Of a DNA stretch of 64,000 nt, positions 1 through 10,557 are shown one piece after another. Source of the DNA: Alphaproteobacteria bacterium (GTDB taxonomy: Bacteria; Pseudomonadota; Alphaproteobacteria; SP197); NCBI GenBank assembly GCA_964291265.2, contig OZ219747.1, forward strand, positions 3,072,001 to 3,136,000. Reading direction: 5' to 3'. Below the pieces are notes generated by a model. It was not told the DNA's origin. It did not search any database and worked only from the letters and a program-made list of their open reading frames with translations. A program made the position numbers and the translations under genes. Each line of letters opens with the position of its first letter. Position 1 is the stretch's first letter.

Positions 1-46
1 ATGACGGGTGCGGTCGTCGACGGGGACATCGCGGCGTGACGGCGCG

Positions 47-718
47 ATGAAGCGTACTCCCTGGGGATACGGGGCCGACAACGGTCCGGCGTGCTGGGCC
101 CTGCTCGACCCCGACTACCGGCTCTGCGGCTGCGGCGCCGAGCAGTCTCCGGTCGATCTGGTGGACGCCCGCGCGGCGCGACTGCCGCCCCTTCGATTCA
201 GCTACGGACCGGTCCGCGCGGCCATCGAAGACGCCGGCCCGACTGTCCAGTTCAATCCCGCTCCCGGTCACGGCCTCATGGTCGGTCGCCACCGCCATGA
301 ACTCCGGCAGTTCCATTTTCACCATGGCAGCGAACACCTTGTCGAGGGCGCCAGGTGGCCGTTGGAACTGCACCTCGTGCACACGGACAGCAGGGGCGGA
401 CTGGCGGTGGTCGGAGTCTTCATCCGCGCAGGCGAGGCCAATTCCGCGGTGGAGCGTCTGTGGATGGCCCTCGTGGACGACCCTGAATCGGTCGGGCATG
501 TCGATATCGACCTGGCAACCCTGCTTCCGGCCACGACGAAGGCGTGGCGCTATCGTGGCTCCCTGACCACCCCGCCGTGCAGCGAGGGTGTCAGCTGGAT
601 CATCCTGGCAGACATGCTCACCCTGTCAGCCCGTCAGGTTGCCGCGTTCACGAACTTTCGTCCGCCGAACTGCCGGCCGGTCCAGCCGTTGGGCGGGCGC
701 CTGCTCACTGTCGGCTGA
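47..718 (+). CDS. alpha-class carbonic anhydrase
   Basis: QSPVDL, QFHFH, ELHLVH and GSLTTPPCSEGV motifs; start uncertain (ATG 47 chosen; could begin at 8 or before the window). Confidence 0.9.
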   Translation: MKRTPWGYGADNGPACWALLDPDYRLCGCGAEQSPVDLVDARAARLPPLRFSYGPVRAAIEDAGPTVQFNPAPGHGLMVGRHRHELRQFHFHHGSEHLVEGARWPLELHLVHTDSRGGLAVVGVFIRAGEANSAVERLWMALVDDPESVGHVDIDLATLLPATTKAWRYRGSLTTPPCSEGVSWIILADMLTLSARQVAAFTNFRPPNCRPVQPLGGRLLTVG

Positions 719-727
719 GTCCCTTGA

Positions 728-1702
728 TCAGCGGTATCCGTGGTAGTCCCGGAACCAGGCAACGAACCGCGGCATTCCCTTCTCGATGGAGGTTGACGGC
801 TCGTACCCGAGGTCGCGGCGCGAGGCCTGAATGTCGGCGCAGGTTTCCGCGACGTCGCCTGGCTGCAGCGGGGCAAGGCGAACGTCCGCGCTGATTCCCG
901 TTGCCTCTTCGAGCACATCGATCAGGTGCAGGATCGATTCACTGCGGTGATTGCCGAGATTGTAGATCGCGTGGGGAGGGGAGGTCTCGGGAGGCTTCGC
1001 CAGCGCCGCCAGGATGCCGGCGACGATGTCGTCGATCCAGGTGAAATCCCGGCGCAGACCGCCGTGGTTGTAGACCGTCAGGGGCCGTCCCTCGAAGAGA
1101 GCTTGCGTGAAGATCCAGGGGGACATGTCCGGGCGTCCCCAGGGGCCGTAGACCGTGAAGAGGCGCAGGCCGGTGGCCGGAATGCCGTAGAGATGGCTGT
1201 AGCATGAGGCCATCAGTTCTCCGGCACGCTTGGTGGCGGCATAGAGGGACGCCGGCCGGTCGACGCGGTGATCGACCGAGAAGGGAACGGTATCGTTGGT
1301 TCCATAGACAGACGAGGAACTGGCGTAGACGATGTGCTTCAGCCCCGTCATCGAACGGGCCAGTTCGAGGATGCCGAGCTGGCCTTCCACATTCGCCGCG
1401 GTGTAGTCGTGCGGAGCGACGAGAGAGTGCCGGACACCGGGCTGCGCCGCCAGGTGGACAATGCGGTCAATGTTCCTGGCGCCGGGATCCAGTCCGGCGA
1501 GCGCCTTGCCATCGGCAACGTCCATGCAATGGAACGAGAAGGCGGGCTCCCGGCTCAGCCGGGCGAGACGCGCCTGCTTGAGAGCGACGTCATAGTAGGG
1601 AGAGAGGCTGTCGATCCCGATCAGGTCTTCGCCACGCTCCAGAAGGGCCCGGGCCAGGTGGTAGCCGATGAATCCGGCGACACCGGTCACAAGCACCGTC
1701 AT
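728..1702 (-). CDS. NAD-dependent epimerase/dehydratase (UDP-glucuronate 4-epimerase-like)
   Basis: TGVAGFIG, HLAAQPGVRHSL, YAATK, FTVYGPWGRPDM motifs. Confidence 0.9.
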   Translation of the reverse strand: MTVLVTGVAGFIGYHLARALLERGEDLIGIDSLSPYYDVALKQARLARLSREPAFSFHCMDVADGKALAGLDPGARNIDRIVHLAAQPGVRHSLVAPHDYTAANVEGQLGILELARSMTGLKHIVYASSSSVYGTNDTVPFSVDHRVDRPASLYAATKRAGELMASCYSHLYGIPATGLRLFTVYGPWGRPDMSPWIFTQALFEGRPLTVYNHGGLRRDFTWIDDIVAGILAALAKPPETSPPHAIYNLGNHRSESILHLIDVLEEATGISADVRLAPLQPGDVAETCADIQASRRDLGYEPSTSIEKGMPRFVAWFRDYHGYR

Positions 1703-2721
1703 GACGGGCCACGCGCCACGAGTCCTGCGTAGACATCCGGGTCGACATTTCCTCCGGAGATGATGGCGACGACGGTCCGCCCCTTCGCCGGAACCTCGCC
1801 GCTGATGACCGACGCCAGCGCCGCGGCGCCGCCGGGTTCGGCAACAAGCTTGAAGGATGTCAGGGCTGTCATCATCGCCCTGATGACGGCCGATTCCGTC
1901 ACCACGGTTCCCGAGTGGACGAGCTTCCGGTTGACTTCGAATGTCAGTTTGCCGGGTTGGCGGGCGAGGAGGGCATCGCAGATCGAGGAGGGTGCACCCG
2001 TGACGGACTGACGCTCGCCGCGCAGCAGGGAACGGGCCGTGTCATCCCATCCCTCCGGTTCGGCGGTATGGATCGCGCAACGGGGGAACCGGTGGCTGAT
2101 GGCAAGGGCCACGCCAGCGGTGAGACCGCCGCCACCGCAACAGGCGATGACGGCGTCCGGGGTGATGCCGAGCCCGGCGCAGGCGTCGGCGATCTCCAGT
2201 CCGACGGTGCCCTGTCCTGCCATGACCATGGGATCGTCATAGGGAGGCACAATCGTCATGCCGCGTTCGAGGGCCACGGACCGGGCGATGTCCTCGCGGG
2301 ATTCGTCATGCCTGGGGTAGGTGACGATGTCCGCACCCCAGGCGCGGGTGTTTGCCATCTTGATGGCAGGCGCATCCTCGGGCATCACGATGACGGCCGG
2401 AAGTCCCAGCATGGATGCCGCGGCGGCGACCCCCTGGGCGTGGTTGCCGGACGAATAGGCAACAACGCCGTTGTCCGTCTTGCCGCCGGCAATCCGGTTG
2501 AAGGCGCCCCTGAACTTGAAGGAACCGGTGAGCTGGAGGCATTCCGGCTTGACCAGAAGACGGCAGCCGAGGGTGTCGTTGAGCCTGGGCGATTCGAGAA
2601 GCGGCGTCATGACCGCCTTTCCGGCAAGCCGCCGGGCGGCAGACTCGATGTCCGCATATGACGGCATGCCCGGCATCAACAGCTGTCCCGCTCCGTTCAC
2701 TCCGACTCTTACCCCATTCAT
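1699..2721 (-). CDS. PLP-dependent threonine/serine dehydratase
   Basis: TGSFKFRGA, SSGNHAQG, GGGGL, EPGGA, SGGN motifs; true start may be ~15 codons downstream. Confidence 0.88.
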   Translation of the reverse strand: MNGVRVGVNGAGQLLMPGMPSYADIESAARRLAGKAVMTPLLESPRLNDTLGCRLLVKPECLQLTGSFKFRGAFNRIAGGKTDNGVVAYSSGNHAQGVAAAASMLGLPAVIVMPEDAPAIKMANTRAWGADIVTYPRHDESREDIARSVALERGMTIVPPYDDPMVMAGQGTVGLEIADACAGLGITPDAVIACCGGGGLTAGVALAISHRFPRCAIHTAEPEGWDDTARSLLRGERQSVTGAPSSICDALLARQPGKLTFEVNRKLVHSGTVVTESAVIRAMMTALTSFKLVAEPGGAAALASVISGEVPAKGRTVVAIISGGNVDPDVYAGLVARGPS

Positions 2722-2820
2722 CGCCGGCGCGCGACACCAGGGAGATGCATCCGGTCTTGTCCTTGCCAGGGATTGTCATGATGATGGTCGAGAGCCAACA
2801 ACCGGTGAGGGGGACAACGC

Positions 2821-4038
2821 GTGTCGGAAGGAATCTGGTCCCTGCCCGGCGTGGGGACACACCACCAGTCGGCCAGTGCCGGGCCCTTGACATTCGTCGG
2901 TGGCGCCGGCGACCTCGATGCGACGGGCAGGATACGGAATCCGCATGACCTGGACGCTCAGGCGCGAGGCGCCGTTCGTGCCGTCGCGGAGGCCCTCGCC
3001 ACGGAACTGTGCGCCCTGGAGGATGTGGTGCGCATCAAGGCCTACTACACGGCCGAGGTCGTTGACTGGGACGTCATCGCTGCCCTGGCGCGGCACCTGC
3101 CTTGCGATCCGCTGCCGGCGATCAGCACCGTGCCCGAACCGCTGCAGCCCTTTGACGGCCAGGTCATCCAGGTGCAGGCCATCGCCTGCCGAGGCTGGCG
3201 CGGCAGTGGGGATGTCCGTTTCTCTCGCCAGACCGTGCCGGCGGCGGTGAGCGAGAGACTTGGTCTCGAGGAGGTCACGGCGGGCCTGAGAGCCGGTGAG
3301 TTCATTGCCGTGGCCAACCGTACGGCGGTCGATGACGATGGCCGGATCCTGTCTGCGGACCCCGTCGAGCAGAGCCACGCCATCATGGCCATGCACGAGC
3401 GGACACTGGACGCCCTGGGGGCCTCGCTGCAGGACTGCGTCAAGATGGAGGGATACTACTTCGGCGCCAGCCTCGAGGATTGGGCGCCCCTGGCCAAGGC
3501 GCGCGCCAGCCATTTCCGGGAACCGGGTCCGCCGGCAACTGTGGTGCCCTGCCACCGGCTTCACCCGGAAGGAGCACGCACGAAGATCGGCGTCCTGGCC
3601 ATGCGTGGCCGCCGCGGAGGTTTCGACAAGTACATCCCGCGCCTCGATGTCTGGCCGGACCGCGTGTGGGACTGGCCCATACCCCTGCCCTACAGGCAGG
3701 CCATCTGCCTGCGTGACATGATCTGGCTGGGTGGACAGGTGCCCCATACGCCCTTCACCAACGACGGTGGGCGCGTGATGCCCGGTGATCTCGTGGCGCA
3801 GACGCGATTCACGATGTCGTTCGTGGAGGATCTGCTGAGGGGCTTCGGCCGGGGCCCGGCGGATCTCAAGCTGATGGTCTGCTACTGCACATCAACGGGC
3901 GCCAGCGATACGGGCGCCTTTCTCGACACCCTGACCGCCACCATCGGAGGGACCTTGCCACCGATCACGCTGGTGCCCAAACCGATGATGCACTCTCGGG
4001 AAAACACTGTCGAAATCTGGGGTGTTGCCCAGGCCTGA
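2821..4038 (+). CDS. multi-domain Rid (YjgF/YER057c/UK114) family protein
   Basis: three ~120-aa Rid-like segments (DLDAQ..LEDVVRI; DPVEQ..LQDCVKM; DLVAQ..PADLKLM..VEIWGVA). Confidence 0.7.
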   Translation: MSEGIWSLPGVGTHHQSASAGPLTFVGGAGDLDATGRIRNPHDLDAQARGAVRAVAEALATELCALEDVVRIKAYYTAEVVDWDVIAALARHLPCDPLPAISTVPEPLQPFDGQVIQVQAIACRGWRGSGDVRFSRQTVPAAVSERLGLEEVTAGLRAGEFIAVANRTAVDDDGRILSADPVEQSHAIMAMHERTLDALGASLQDCVKMEGYYFGASLEDWAPLAKARASHFREPGPPATVVPCHRLHPEGARTKIGVLAMRGRRGGFDKYIPRLDVWPDRVWDWPIPLPYRQAICLRDMIWLGGQVPHTPFTNDGGRVMPGDLVAQTRFTMSFVEDLLRGFGRGPADLKLMVCYCTSTGASDTGAFLDTLTATIGGTLPPITLVPKPMMHSRENTVEIWGVAQA

Positions 4039-4109
4039 ACGGGCGAGTGCCCCTTGTTCCGGCTTCCCGCGGCGACTAGTCTCCACCGGAAGCCGATCTG
4101 GAAACTGTC

Positions 4110-4997
4110 ATGATCACCGAGAAGCTGAAGGGTTCCTTTGCTGCACTCGTCACGCTGTTCCGCGATGGCAAGATCGATGATGAGGGGTATCGGAACTTCA
4201 TCGAATGGCAGATTGCCCAGGGAACCCACGGCGTGCTGGCCATGGGCACGACAGGCGAATCGCCGACATTGTCCCACGAGGAGGACATGCACGTGGTGCG
4301 CCTCGCCGTCGAGGCCGTGGCAGGACGCGTACCGGTCATGGCCGGAACCGGTTCGAACTCCACCACCGAGTGCATCATGCTGACCCGCCATGCGCAGCAG
4401 GCGGGTGCCGATGTCGCGCTGATCGTCACCGGTTACTACAACAAACCGACCCAGGAAGGCCTCTTCCGTCATTTCGAGGCGGTCAACGATGCCGTCGACA
4501 TACCCATCGTTGTCTACAACATTCCCGGACGGACGGGCATCGACATCGAGCCGCTGACAATGCAGCGCATTGCCGGTCTCTCCCATGTCGTCGGATGCAA
4601 GGAATCGACGGCCGCCGCTGACCGAGTCTCGAGGCAGCGGTGGCTGTGTGGCCGGGAGTTCATCCAGATGTCGGGCGAGGACGCTGCCGTCATCGGACTT
4701 CTCGGCATGGGAGGGCACGGGTGCATTTCCGTGACCGCCAACGTGGCGCCGGCGCTCTGCGCCAGGCTGCACGAGGCCTGGCAGGACGGCGACTTCGAGC
4801 AGGCCCGCGACATCCAGGACCGGCTCATGCCGCTTCACGAGGCGCTGTTCAGCGAGACCAGTCCCGGACCCGTCAAGTACGCGGCGAGTCTGCTCGGTTG
4901 GGGTGACGGCTCCGTGCGCCTGCCCCTGACCGCTCCGGCAGAGGAGACCAGGGTCAGGGTGAGGGACGCCATGAGGCAGGCGGGAGTTCTCGCCTGA
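4110..4997 (+). CDS. dapA: 4-hydroxy-tetrahydrodipicolinate synthase
   Basis: GTTGES, YYNKPTQEG, YNIPGRT, GCKES motifs; dapA-smpB synteny. Confidence 0.93.
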   Translation: MITEKLKGSFAALVTLFRDGKIDDEGYRNFIEWQIAQGTHGVLAMGTTGESPTLSHEEDMHVVRLAVEAVAGRVPVMAGTGSNSTTECIMLTRHAQQAGADVALIVTGYYNKPTQEGLFRHFEAVNDAVDIPIVVYNIPGRTGIDIEPLTMQRIAGLSHVVGCKESTAAADRVSRQRWLCGREFIQMSGEDAAVIGLLGMGGHGCISVTANVAPALCARLHEAWQDGDFEQARDIQDRLMPLHEALFSETSPGPVKYAASLLGWGDGSVRLPLTAPAEETRVRVRDAMRQAGVLA

Positions 4998-5006
4998 CCC
5001 CATGCA

Positions 5007-5480
5007 ATGGCGGGCAAGAACATCCCGGTGGGGACGACTGTCGCCCGCAACCGCAAGGCCTTCCGCGACTATGCCATCGAGGACCGGATCGAGGCCGGCA
5101 TCGTTCTGACCGGCAGCGAGACACGGTCGCTGCGCGCCGGACGCGCCAACATCAACGGCGCTTTCGCGAGGGAACGGGATCGGGAAATCTGGCTCGAGGA
5201 CTGCCATATCTCGCCCTGGCAACAGGCGGGCCGCGACAATCATGAGCCTGAACGGCCGCGCAAGCTGCTCCTTCACCGCCGCGAGATCGAGAGGCTGGCC
5301 GGTGCCGTCAGTCGCCGCGGATACACGCTTGTTCCGCTCAGCATCTACTTCAACCCCAGGGGTGTGGCCAAGGTCGAACTTGGACTGGGGAAGGGCAAGC
5401 ATGCCCATGACAAGCGGGCGGCCATCCGGGAGCGGGAATGGAAACGCCACAAGGAACGCCTGATGCGCGATCGCGGGTGA
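5007..5480 (+). CDS. smpB: SsrA-binding protein
   Basis: [31 protein letters not shown] motifs. Confidence 0.96.
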   Translation: MAGKNIPVGTTVARNRKAFRDYAIEDRIEAGIVLTGSETRSLRAGRANINGAFARERDREIWLEDCHISPWQQAGRDNHEPERPRKLLLHRREIERLAGAVSRRGYTLVPLSIYFNPRGVAKVELGLGKGKHAHDKRAAIREREWKRHKERLMRDRG

Positions 5481-5487
5481 TGCCGCC

Positions 5488-5922
5488 GTGAACTGGTTGC
5501 TTGCGGCCATGGGCGGAATGCTCCTGATCTGGGCACTGGCCTGGATCGGAGTCAACGCGCGTGCCTCGACCGTGCTGCGCTGGGCCAAGTGGATCATCAC
5601 GGCGGCGATCGTCGCCGGGATCGGCGTGCTGGCGGCCACGGGGCAGTTCCGCGCTGCACTGATGACCGGTCTCATGCTGCTTCCACTGCTCCTTCCGTGG
5701 AGGAGACCGCGCGGATTCCATGGCGCACCGCGCCCTTCGGCGTCCACCATGAGCGTCGCCGAAGCCGCCGAGATTCTCGGCGTCGCCGCGGACGCCGACG
5801 AGCAGACGATCACCGAAGCCTACCGCCGGATGATGGCCGAGCATCATCCCGACAAGGGCGGTTCCGCCTGGTTTGCCCGGCGGATCAACGAGGCGAGAGA
5901 CGTCCTGATGGCGGGACGCTGA
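5488..5922 (+). CDS. membrane-anchored DnaJ-domain protein
   Basis: N-terminal TM helices, C-terminal J-domain with HPDKGGS. Confidence 0.85.
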   Translation: MNWLLAAMGGMLLIWALAWIGVNARASTVLRWAKWIITAAIVAGIGVLAATGQFRAALMTGLMLLPLLLPWRRPRGFHGAPRPSASTMSVAEAAEILGVAADADEQTITEAYRRMMAEHHPDKGGSAWFARRINEARDVLMAGR

Positions 5923-5990
5923 CGATGACGCTTAGCCCACGACTTGCAGCAAGCGATCTCCCTGCAGCAGCCTGACGGGATACTTGAGGA

Positions 5991-7310
5991 ATGCGTATCA
6001 CCATGGTGGGCGCCGGCTACGTCGGACTGGTGTCCGGTGCCTGCTTTTCGGAGTTCGGAATCGATGTTGTCTGTGTCGATCGCAATGAAGGGAGAGTGAT
6101 CCGCCTGCAGTCAGGCGAGGTTCCCATCTACGAGCCTGGTCTGCCGCGTCTGATACACCGCAATGCCGAAGCCGGGCGGCTGATGTTCACCACGGAACTC
6201 GCGCCGTCGGTGCGGGAGTCCGACGCCATCTTCATCGCCGTAGGCACACCGGGTCACCGCGGCGACGGCAAGGCTGACCTCAGCTTCGTGTTCAGCGCCG
6301 CCGAGGAGGTGGCGCGGATGATCGAACGCTACGCCGTGATCGTCACCAAGTCGACGGTTCCTGTCGGTACCGGCCGCCGGGTCGAGGAGGTGATGAGGCG
6401 GATACGCCCCCGGGCGGAGTTCGATGTCGTCTCGAATCCGGAGTTCCTGCGGGAAGGCTCGGCCGTGAGAGACTTCCTGCGTCCCGATCGCATCGTCGTG
6501 GGCAGCGAGAGCGAGCGGGCGGCGCGTCTGATGGACGAGATCTACAGTCCCCTCTTCTTCGAACGCACGCCGATCCTGCACACGTCGCGGGAGACGGCGG
6601 AGCTCATCAAGTATGCCGCCAACAGCTTTCTCGCGACCAAGATCGCCCTCATCAACGAGATGGCCGACTACTGCGAGAGCGTTGGCGCCAATGTCCTCGA
6701 TGTCGCCCACGGCATCGGTCTCGATGGCCGGATCGGTGACCGTTTCCTCCATCCCGGGCCCGGTTACGGCGGCAGTTGCTTCCCCAAGGACACGCTGGCG
6801 CTTGCCGGTGGGGCAAGGGAGTGCGGCACGCCGCTTACCATCATCGAGGCGGTGATTGCCGCCAACGCCGGCCGCAAGCGTTCGATGGCCCGGCGCATCG
6901 TGTCGCTGCTCGGCGGCACCGCGGGGAAGACGGTGGCGCTCCTCGGTCTGAGTTTCAAGCCCGACACCGATGATATCCGTGAATCGCCGAGTCTCGTCAT
7001 TGCATCGGAACTGCTCGATCGCGGAGTGGGAGTGAGGGCCTTCGATCCGGTGGCCATGGAGGCCGCCAGCAGGTCCCTGGAGGAGCTGGTGATCTGTACC
7101 GGTCCCTACGAGGCGGCAGCCGGGGCGGATGCCCTTGTCATCGTCACCGAGTGGAACGAGTTCCGCTCCCTCGACCTGGCGCGGCTCAAGTCGTCGCTGA
7201 ACCGGCCCCTCATGATCGACTTGCGCAACATGTACAGCGCCGCCGACGTCGTTGATGCCGGCTTCACCTACCACGGCATCGGTCTCGGTCATCTTGACCC
7301 GTCAGCCTGA
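5991..7310 (+). CDS. ugd: UDP-glucose 6-dehydrogenase
   Basis: GAGYVG, NPEFLREG, catalytic GYGGSCFPKD, FKPDTDDIRES. Confidence 0.93.
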   Translation: MRITMVGAGYVGLVSGACFSEFGIDVVCVDRNEGRVIRLQSGEVPIYEPGLPRLIHRNAEAGRLMFTTELAPSVRESDAIFIAVGTPGHRGDGKADLSFVFSAAEEVARMIERYAVIVTKSTVPVGTGRRVEEVMRRIRPRAEFDVVSNPEFLREGSAVRDFLRPDRIVVGSESERAARLMDEIYSPLFFERTPILHTSRETAELIKYAANSFLATKIALINEMADYCESVGANVLDVAHGIGLDGRIGDRFLHPGPGYGGSCFPKDTLALAGGARECGTPLTIIEAVIAANAGRKRSMARRIVSLLGGTAGKTVALLGLSFKPDTDDIRESPSLVIASELLDRGVGVRAFDPVAMEAASRSLEELVICTGPYEAAAGADALVIVTEWNEFRSLDLARLKSSLNRPLMIDLRNMYSAADVVDAGFTYHGIGLGHLDPSA

Positions 7311-7355
7311 CCGATTCGCATCTGCCCTCGTGATCGGGACATGGAACGGCGAGCG

Positions 7356-7991
7356 TCACAGGTGATCGAGCACCTGCATGGAACCGCGCCAGATCATGTC
7401 GCCGGTGACCCACAGCAGCACCGCGAGTCCGATGTAGGCGATCCAGTGAAAGCGATGAAGAAGCCTCGCGATGGCGTTTGCCGCCACGGCCATCAGGGCG
7501 ATGGAAAGAACGAGACCGAACACCAGGAGGGCGTGATGTCCGTGCGCGGCGCCGCCGACAGCGAGCACGTTGTCCAGTGACATGGAAACATCGGCGACGA
7601 CGATCAGCTTGAGGGCATGCCGGATGTTTGTCGTCCTGTGGTCCCTGGCGGCGGGTCGGGTGCCCGGAACGGGCTCCGGATCGCCGACGAGCCTGGCGCT
7701 GCGAACATCGCGCCACATGCGCCAGCACACCCAGCCGAGAAGCAGTCCGCCGACAAGGAGAAGGCCGACGACGTTCAGGAGTTCAACCACGATCAGGGCA
7801 AAGCAGATGCGCAGAACGGTTGCCGCAACGATACCGAGGATGATGGCCCTGCGCCTCAGGATGGGGGGCAGGCCGGCCACAGCCATGCCGATCACGATGG
7901 CATTGTCGCCGGAGAGGACGATGTCGATGACGATGATGGACAGGAAAGCGGAGAGCTGGGTGGGGTCCGTTGGATCAAACAGGTCTGTCAC
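7356..7991 (-). CDS. TerC/YjbE family membrane protein
   Basis: DIVLSGDNAIVI and ADVSMSLDNVLAV motifs; GTG start inferred. Confidence 0.88.
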   Translation of the reverse strand: MTDLFDPTDPTQLSAFLSIIVIDIVLSGDNAIVIGMAVAGLPPILRRRAIILGIVAATVLRICFALIVVELLNVVGLLLVGGLLLGWVCWRMWRDVRSARLVGDPEPVPGTRPAARDHRTTNIRHALKLIVVADVSMSLDNVLAVGGAAHGHHALLVFGLVLSIALMAVAANAIARLLHRFHWIAYIGLAVLLWVTGDMIWRGSMQVLDHL

Positions 7992-8066
7992 GCCGCTCTC
8001 GCTCGATGGATGGTCCCGGGCGGCAACATGTGGCAAGAGGAGGGGGTTCACAAGGGGGGACCGGCC

Positions 8067-8903
8067 ATGGTCGCAGGCTGCGATGCCATCGGAAAGACCC
8101 GGGAATCGGTGGACGTGCTGGGCGTGACGCCCGCCCGCCACCTTGCCGCCACCTTCGACAGGGATGACGCCGATCTTGCGAGCGGCGGCCGGCTCCCCTG
8201 CGGCTGGACCCTGCTCTACTTTCTTGATTCTCCACCAACATCCCGCATGGGCCCGGACGGGCGCACGACCCCCGGTGAGTTCCTTCCCGACACCGGGCTT
8301 TCCCGCAGGATGTGGGCCGGCGGTTCGTTCACGTTCGAGCGCGATCTGGTTCTTGGCCGGCCGGCCCGCCAGACAGTCACCATGACCGGCGTCGAGAGAA
8401 AGAAGGGGCGCTCCGGAAACCTCTGTTTCGTCACCACGGAACACCGCACTGCCCAGGATGGCGAGGACGCCGTCATCGAGGTTCGCCATCTCGTGTTTCG
8501 TGACGCGCTCGGGGCCCACGGAGAGGCGCGGCGTGTGGCGCCGCCACAGGGGGCGGCCTGGCAGCGCAGCGTCGTCGCTGACCCGGTGTTACTGTTCCGT
8601 TTTTCCGCACTCACGTTCAACGCCCACCGGATTCACTACGATGTCGAGTACTGCCGCAGGGTGGAAGCCTATCCCGACCTTCTCGTACACGGGCCCATGC
8701 AGGCGCTCCTGTTGCTCGACCTCGCGGAAAGGACCTGTCCGGAACGCCGCATCAGGCACTTTCGCTACCGTGGAATGGCGCCGCTCTTCGCTCCGCACCC
8801 CTTCCTTGTCCGTGGAAAGCCGGAAACGGGTGGCGGCCTCGCATTGTGGATCGAGGATTCATCGGGTGGTCTGACGACTTCGGCGGAACTGGAATTCGCA
8901 TGA
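8067..8903 (+). CDS. MaoC/HTD2-like hot-dog acyl-CoA dehydratase
   Basis: RRMWAGG, LFRFSALTFNAHRIHYD, LLVHGP motifs; start inferred from SD-like GGGGGA. Confidence 0.85.
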   Translation: MVAGCDAIGKTRESVDVLGVTPARHLAATFDRDDADLASGGRLPCGWTLLYFLDSPPTSRMGPDGRTTPGEFLPDTGLSRRMWAGGSFTFERDLVLGRPARQTVTMTGVERKKGRSGNLCFVTTEHRTAQDGEDAVIEVRHLVFRDALGAHGEARRVAPPQGAAWQRSVVADPVLLFRFSALTFNAHRIHYDVEYCRRVEAYPDLLVHGPMQALLLLDLAERTCPERRIRHFRYRGMAPLFAPHPFLVRGKPETGGGLALWIEDSSGGLTTSAELEFA

Positions 8904-10321
8904 TGCCGGCAGACGACCTGCATCGGCTGACGGCGCTTGACCTCGTCCGGCATTACAGGGCCCGCGAGCTGTCACCCGTCGACGTCGCCGATGCCGTGCT
9001 CACCCGCCTCGATGACGTGGACGGGAATCTCAATGCCTTCTGCCATCGCGACGACGAGGCATTCCGGGCGGCCGCAGCCGGGTCGGAGGAACGCTGGATG
9101 AAGGGTGCGCCACTCGGTCCTCTCGACGGCGTGCCGACAAGCGTCAAGGATGTCTTCAGAATCAGGGGCTGGCCGACGCGCATGGGTTCCAAGGCGGTGG
9201 ATACCGGGCAGCCCTGGACAGAGGATGCTCCCGCCGTCGCGCGACTGCGCGAATCCGGCGCGCTCTTCATCGGCATGACGACGACACCGGAAATGGGCTG
9301 GAAGGGTGTCACCGACAGTCCGCTTCACGGCCAGACGCGCAATCCCTGGAACCTGCGCATGACACCGGGCGGTTCGAGCGGCGGCGCCGCAGCAGCTGTG
9401 GCTTGCGGCGTCGGTCCCCTGGCGATCGGCACGGACGGCGGAGGTTCGGTGCGCATTCCGGCGTCTTTCTGTGGCATTGTCGGCCTCAAGCCGACCTTCG
9501 GCAGAGTCGCAGCCTGGCCACCGGGCCTCTATGGCACGCTGTCCCATGTCGGACCGATGGCCCGGACGGTACGTGATGCGGCCCTGCTTCTCGACGTGAT
9601 CGGCAAGCCCGATGCACGCGACCCGTGGTCGCTTGCCGACGATGGCGTCGACTGTCTCGGGGAGACACGGCGCTCGGTGACCGGTTTGAGGGTTGCCTAC
9701 AGCCGTGACCTCGGTCACGTCAGAGTGACGTCCGAGGTCGCGGGGTTGGTGGATCAGGCGGTGCGTGGCCTCGGCGGTCTCGACATGGGGGTCGAGACCA
9801 TCGAATTCGACACGCCGAAGGCCGAGGAGGCCTTCCGCACCCTGTGGTATGCCGCCGCCGCTGCGGCCATCCGCACCCAGAGTCGGCACCGGCGGCGGTT
9901 TCTCGACCACGCTCTCACGAGGATTGCGGCCGAGGGAGAAACGGTCAGGGCGGTCGATCTTGTCGAGGCCGAGCGGGCACGCATGCGCTATTCGGCGGAA
10001 ATCGGCGCTCTCCTCGAACGCTTCGACCTTCTTGTGACGCCCACCTTGCCCATTGCCGCCTTCGAGGTGGGCCGCGAGGTTCCGCCAGGCTGGCCCCATG
10101 ACCGCTGGTACACATGGACGCCGTTCACCTGGCCGTTCAATCTCACCGGACAGCCGGCCCTGTCGGTGCCGTGCGGCTTCACCGCTGACGGACTGCCGGT
10201 AGGCCTTCAGATCGTGGGGCGGCGCCAGGCCGACGCCCTCGTCCTGAGGGCCGGCGCGGCCTACCAGGAACGGTTCCCGACCCTCTCGTCATGGCCCGCG
10301 GCGGGACGCGCTGCCGGTTGA
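8900..10321 (+). CDS. amidase (amidase signature family)
   Basis: GGSSGG, GTDGGGSVRIPA motifs; ATGA overlap with upstream gene. Confidence 0.92.
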   Translation: MMPADDLHRLTALDLVRHYRARELSPVDVADAVLTRLDDVDGNLNAFCHRDDEAFRAAAAGSEERWMKGAPLGPLDGVPTSVKDVFRIRGWPTRMGSKAVDTGQPWTEDAPAVARLRESGALFIGMTTTPEMGWKGVTDSPLHGQTRNPWNLRMTPGGSSGGAAAAVACGVGPLAIGTDGGGSVRIPASFCGIVGLKPTFGRVAAWPPGLYGTLSHVGPMARTVRDAALLLDVIGKPDARDPWSLADDGVDCLGETRRSVTGLRVAYSRDLGHVRVTSEVAGLVDQAVRGLGGLDMGVETIEFDTPKAEEAFRTLWYAAAAAAIRTQSRHRRRFLDHALTRIAAEGETVRAVDLVEAERARMRYSAEIGALLERFDLLVTPTLPIAAFEVGREVPPGWPHDRWYTWTPFTWPFNLTGQPALSVPCGFTADGLPVGLQIVGRRQADALVLRAGAAYQERFPTLSSWPAAGRAAG

Positions 10322-10557
10322 CATCGGCTGCGCTCAGGCATGGTCGGGCCTGTGGATGGATGGCCGGATCCGGCGAGATCACGCAGTCCGGAAAGGCCAC
10401 GAGATGCAGCGGCGCTGACCGGAAATGGCTCAGGAAATCCTCGCGGTATGGTCGGAATCGCCTTGCCTCCTGATTCTGTCCCTGGATCTGTGGAGGAATT
10501 TCTGGACTGGCGCGCCTCATCGTCTTTAATGAGCCACAGTCACACCTCGGGGGGTCG

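Noticed and set aside
4998-5990. tmRNA or tRNA near smpB
   Set aside because: No space or tRNA-like termini seen; no tRNA or rRNA recognised anywhere in the window
10322-10557. Possible riboswitch or sRNA upstream of the DD-carboxypeptidase
   Set aside because: No recognisable conserved motif or strong stem by eye
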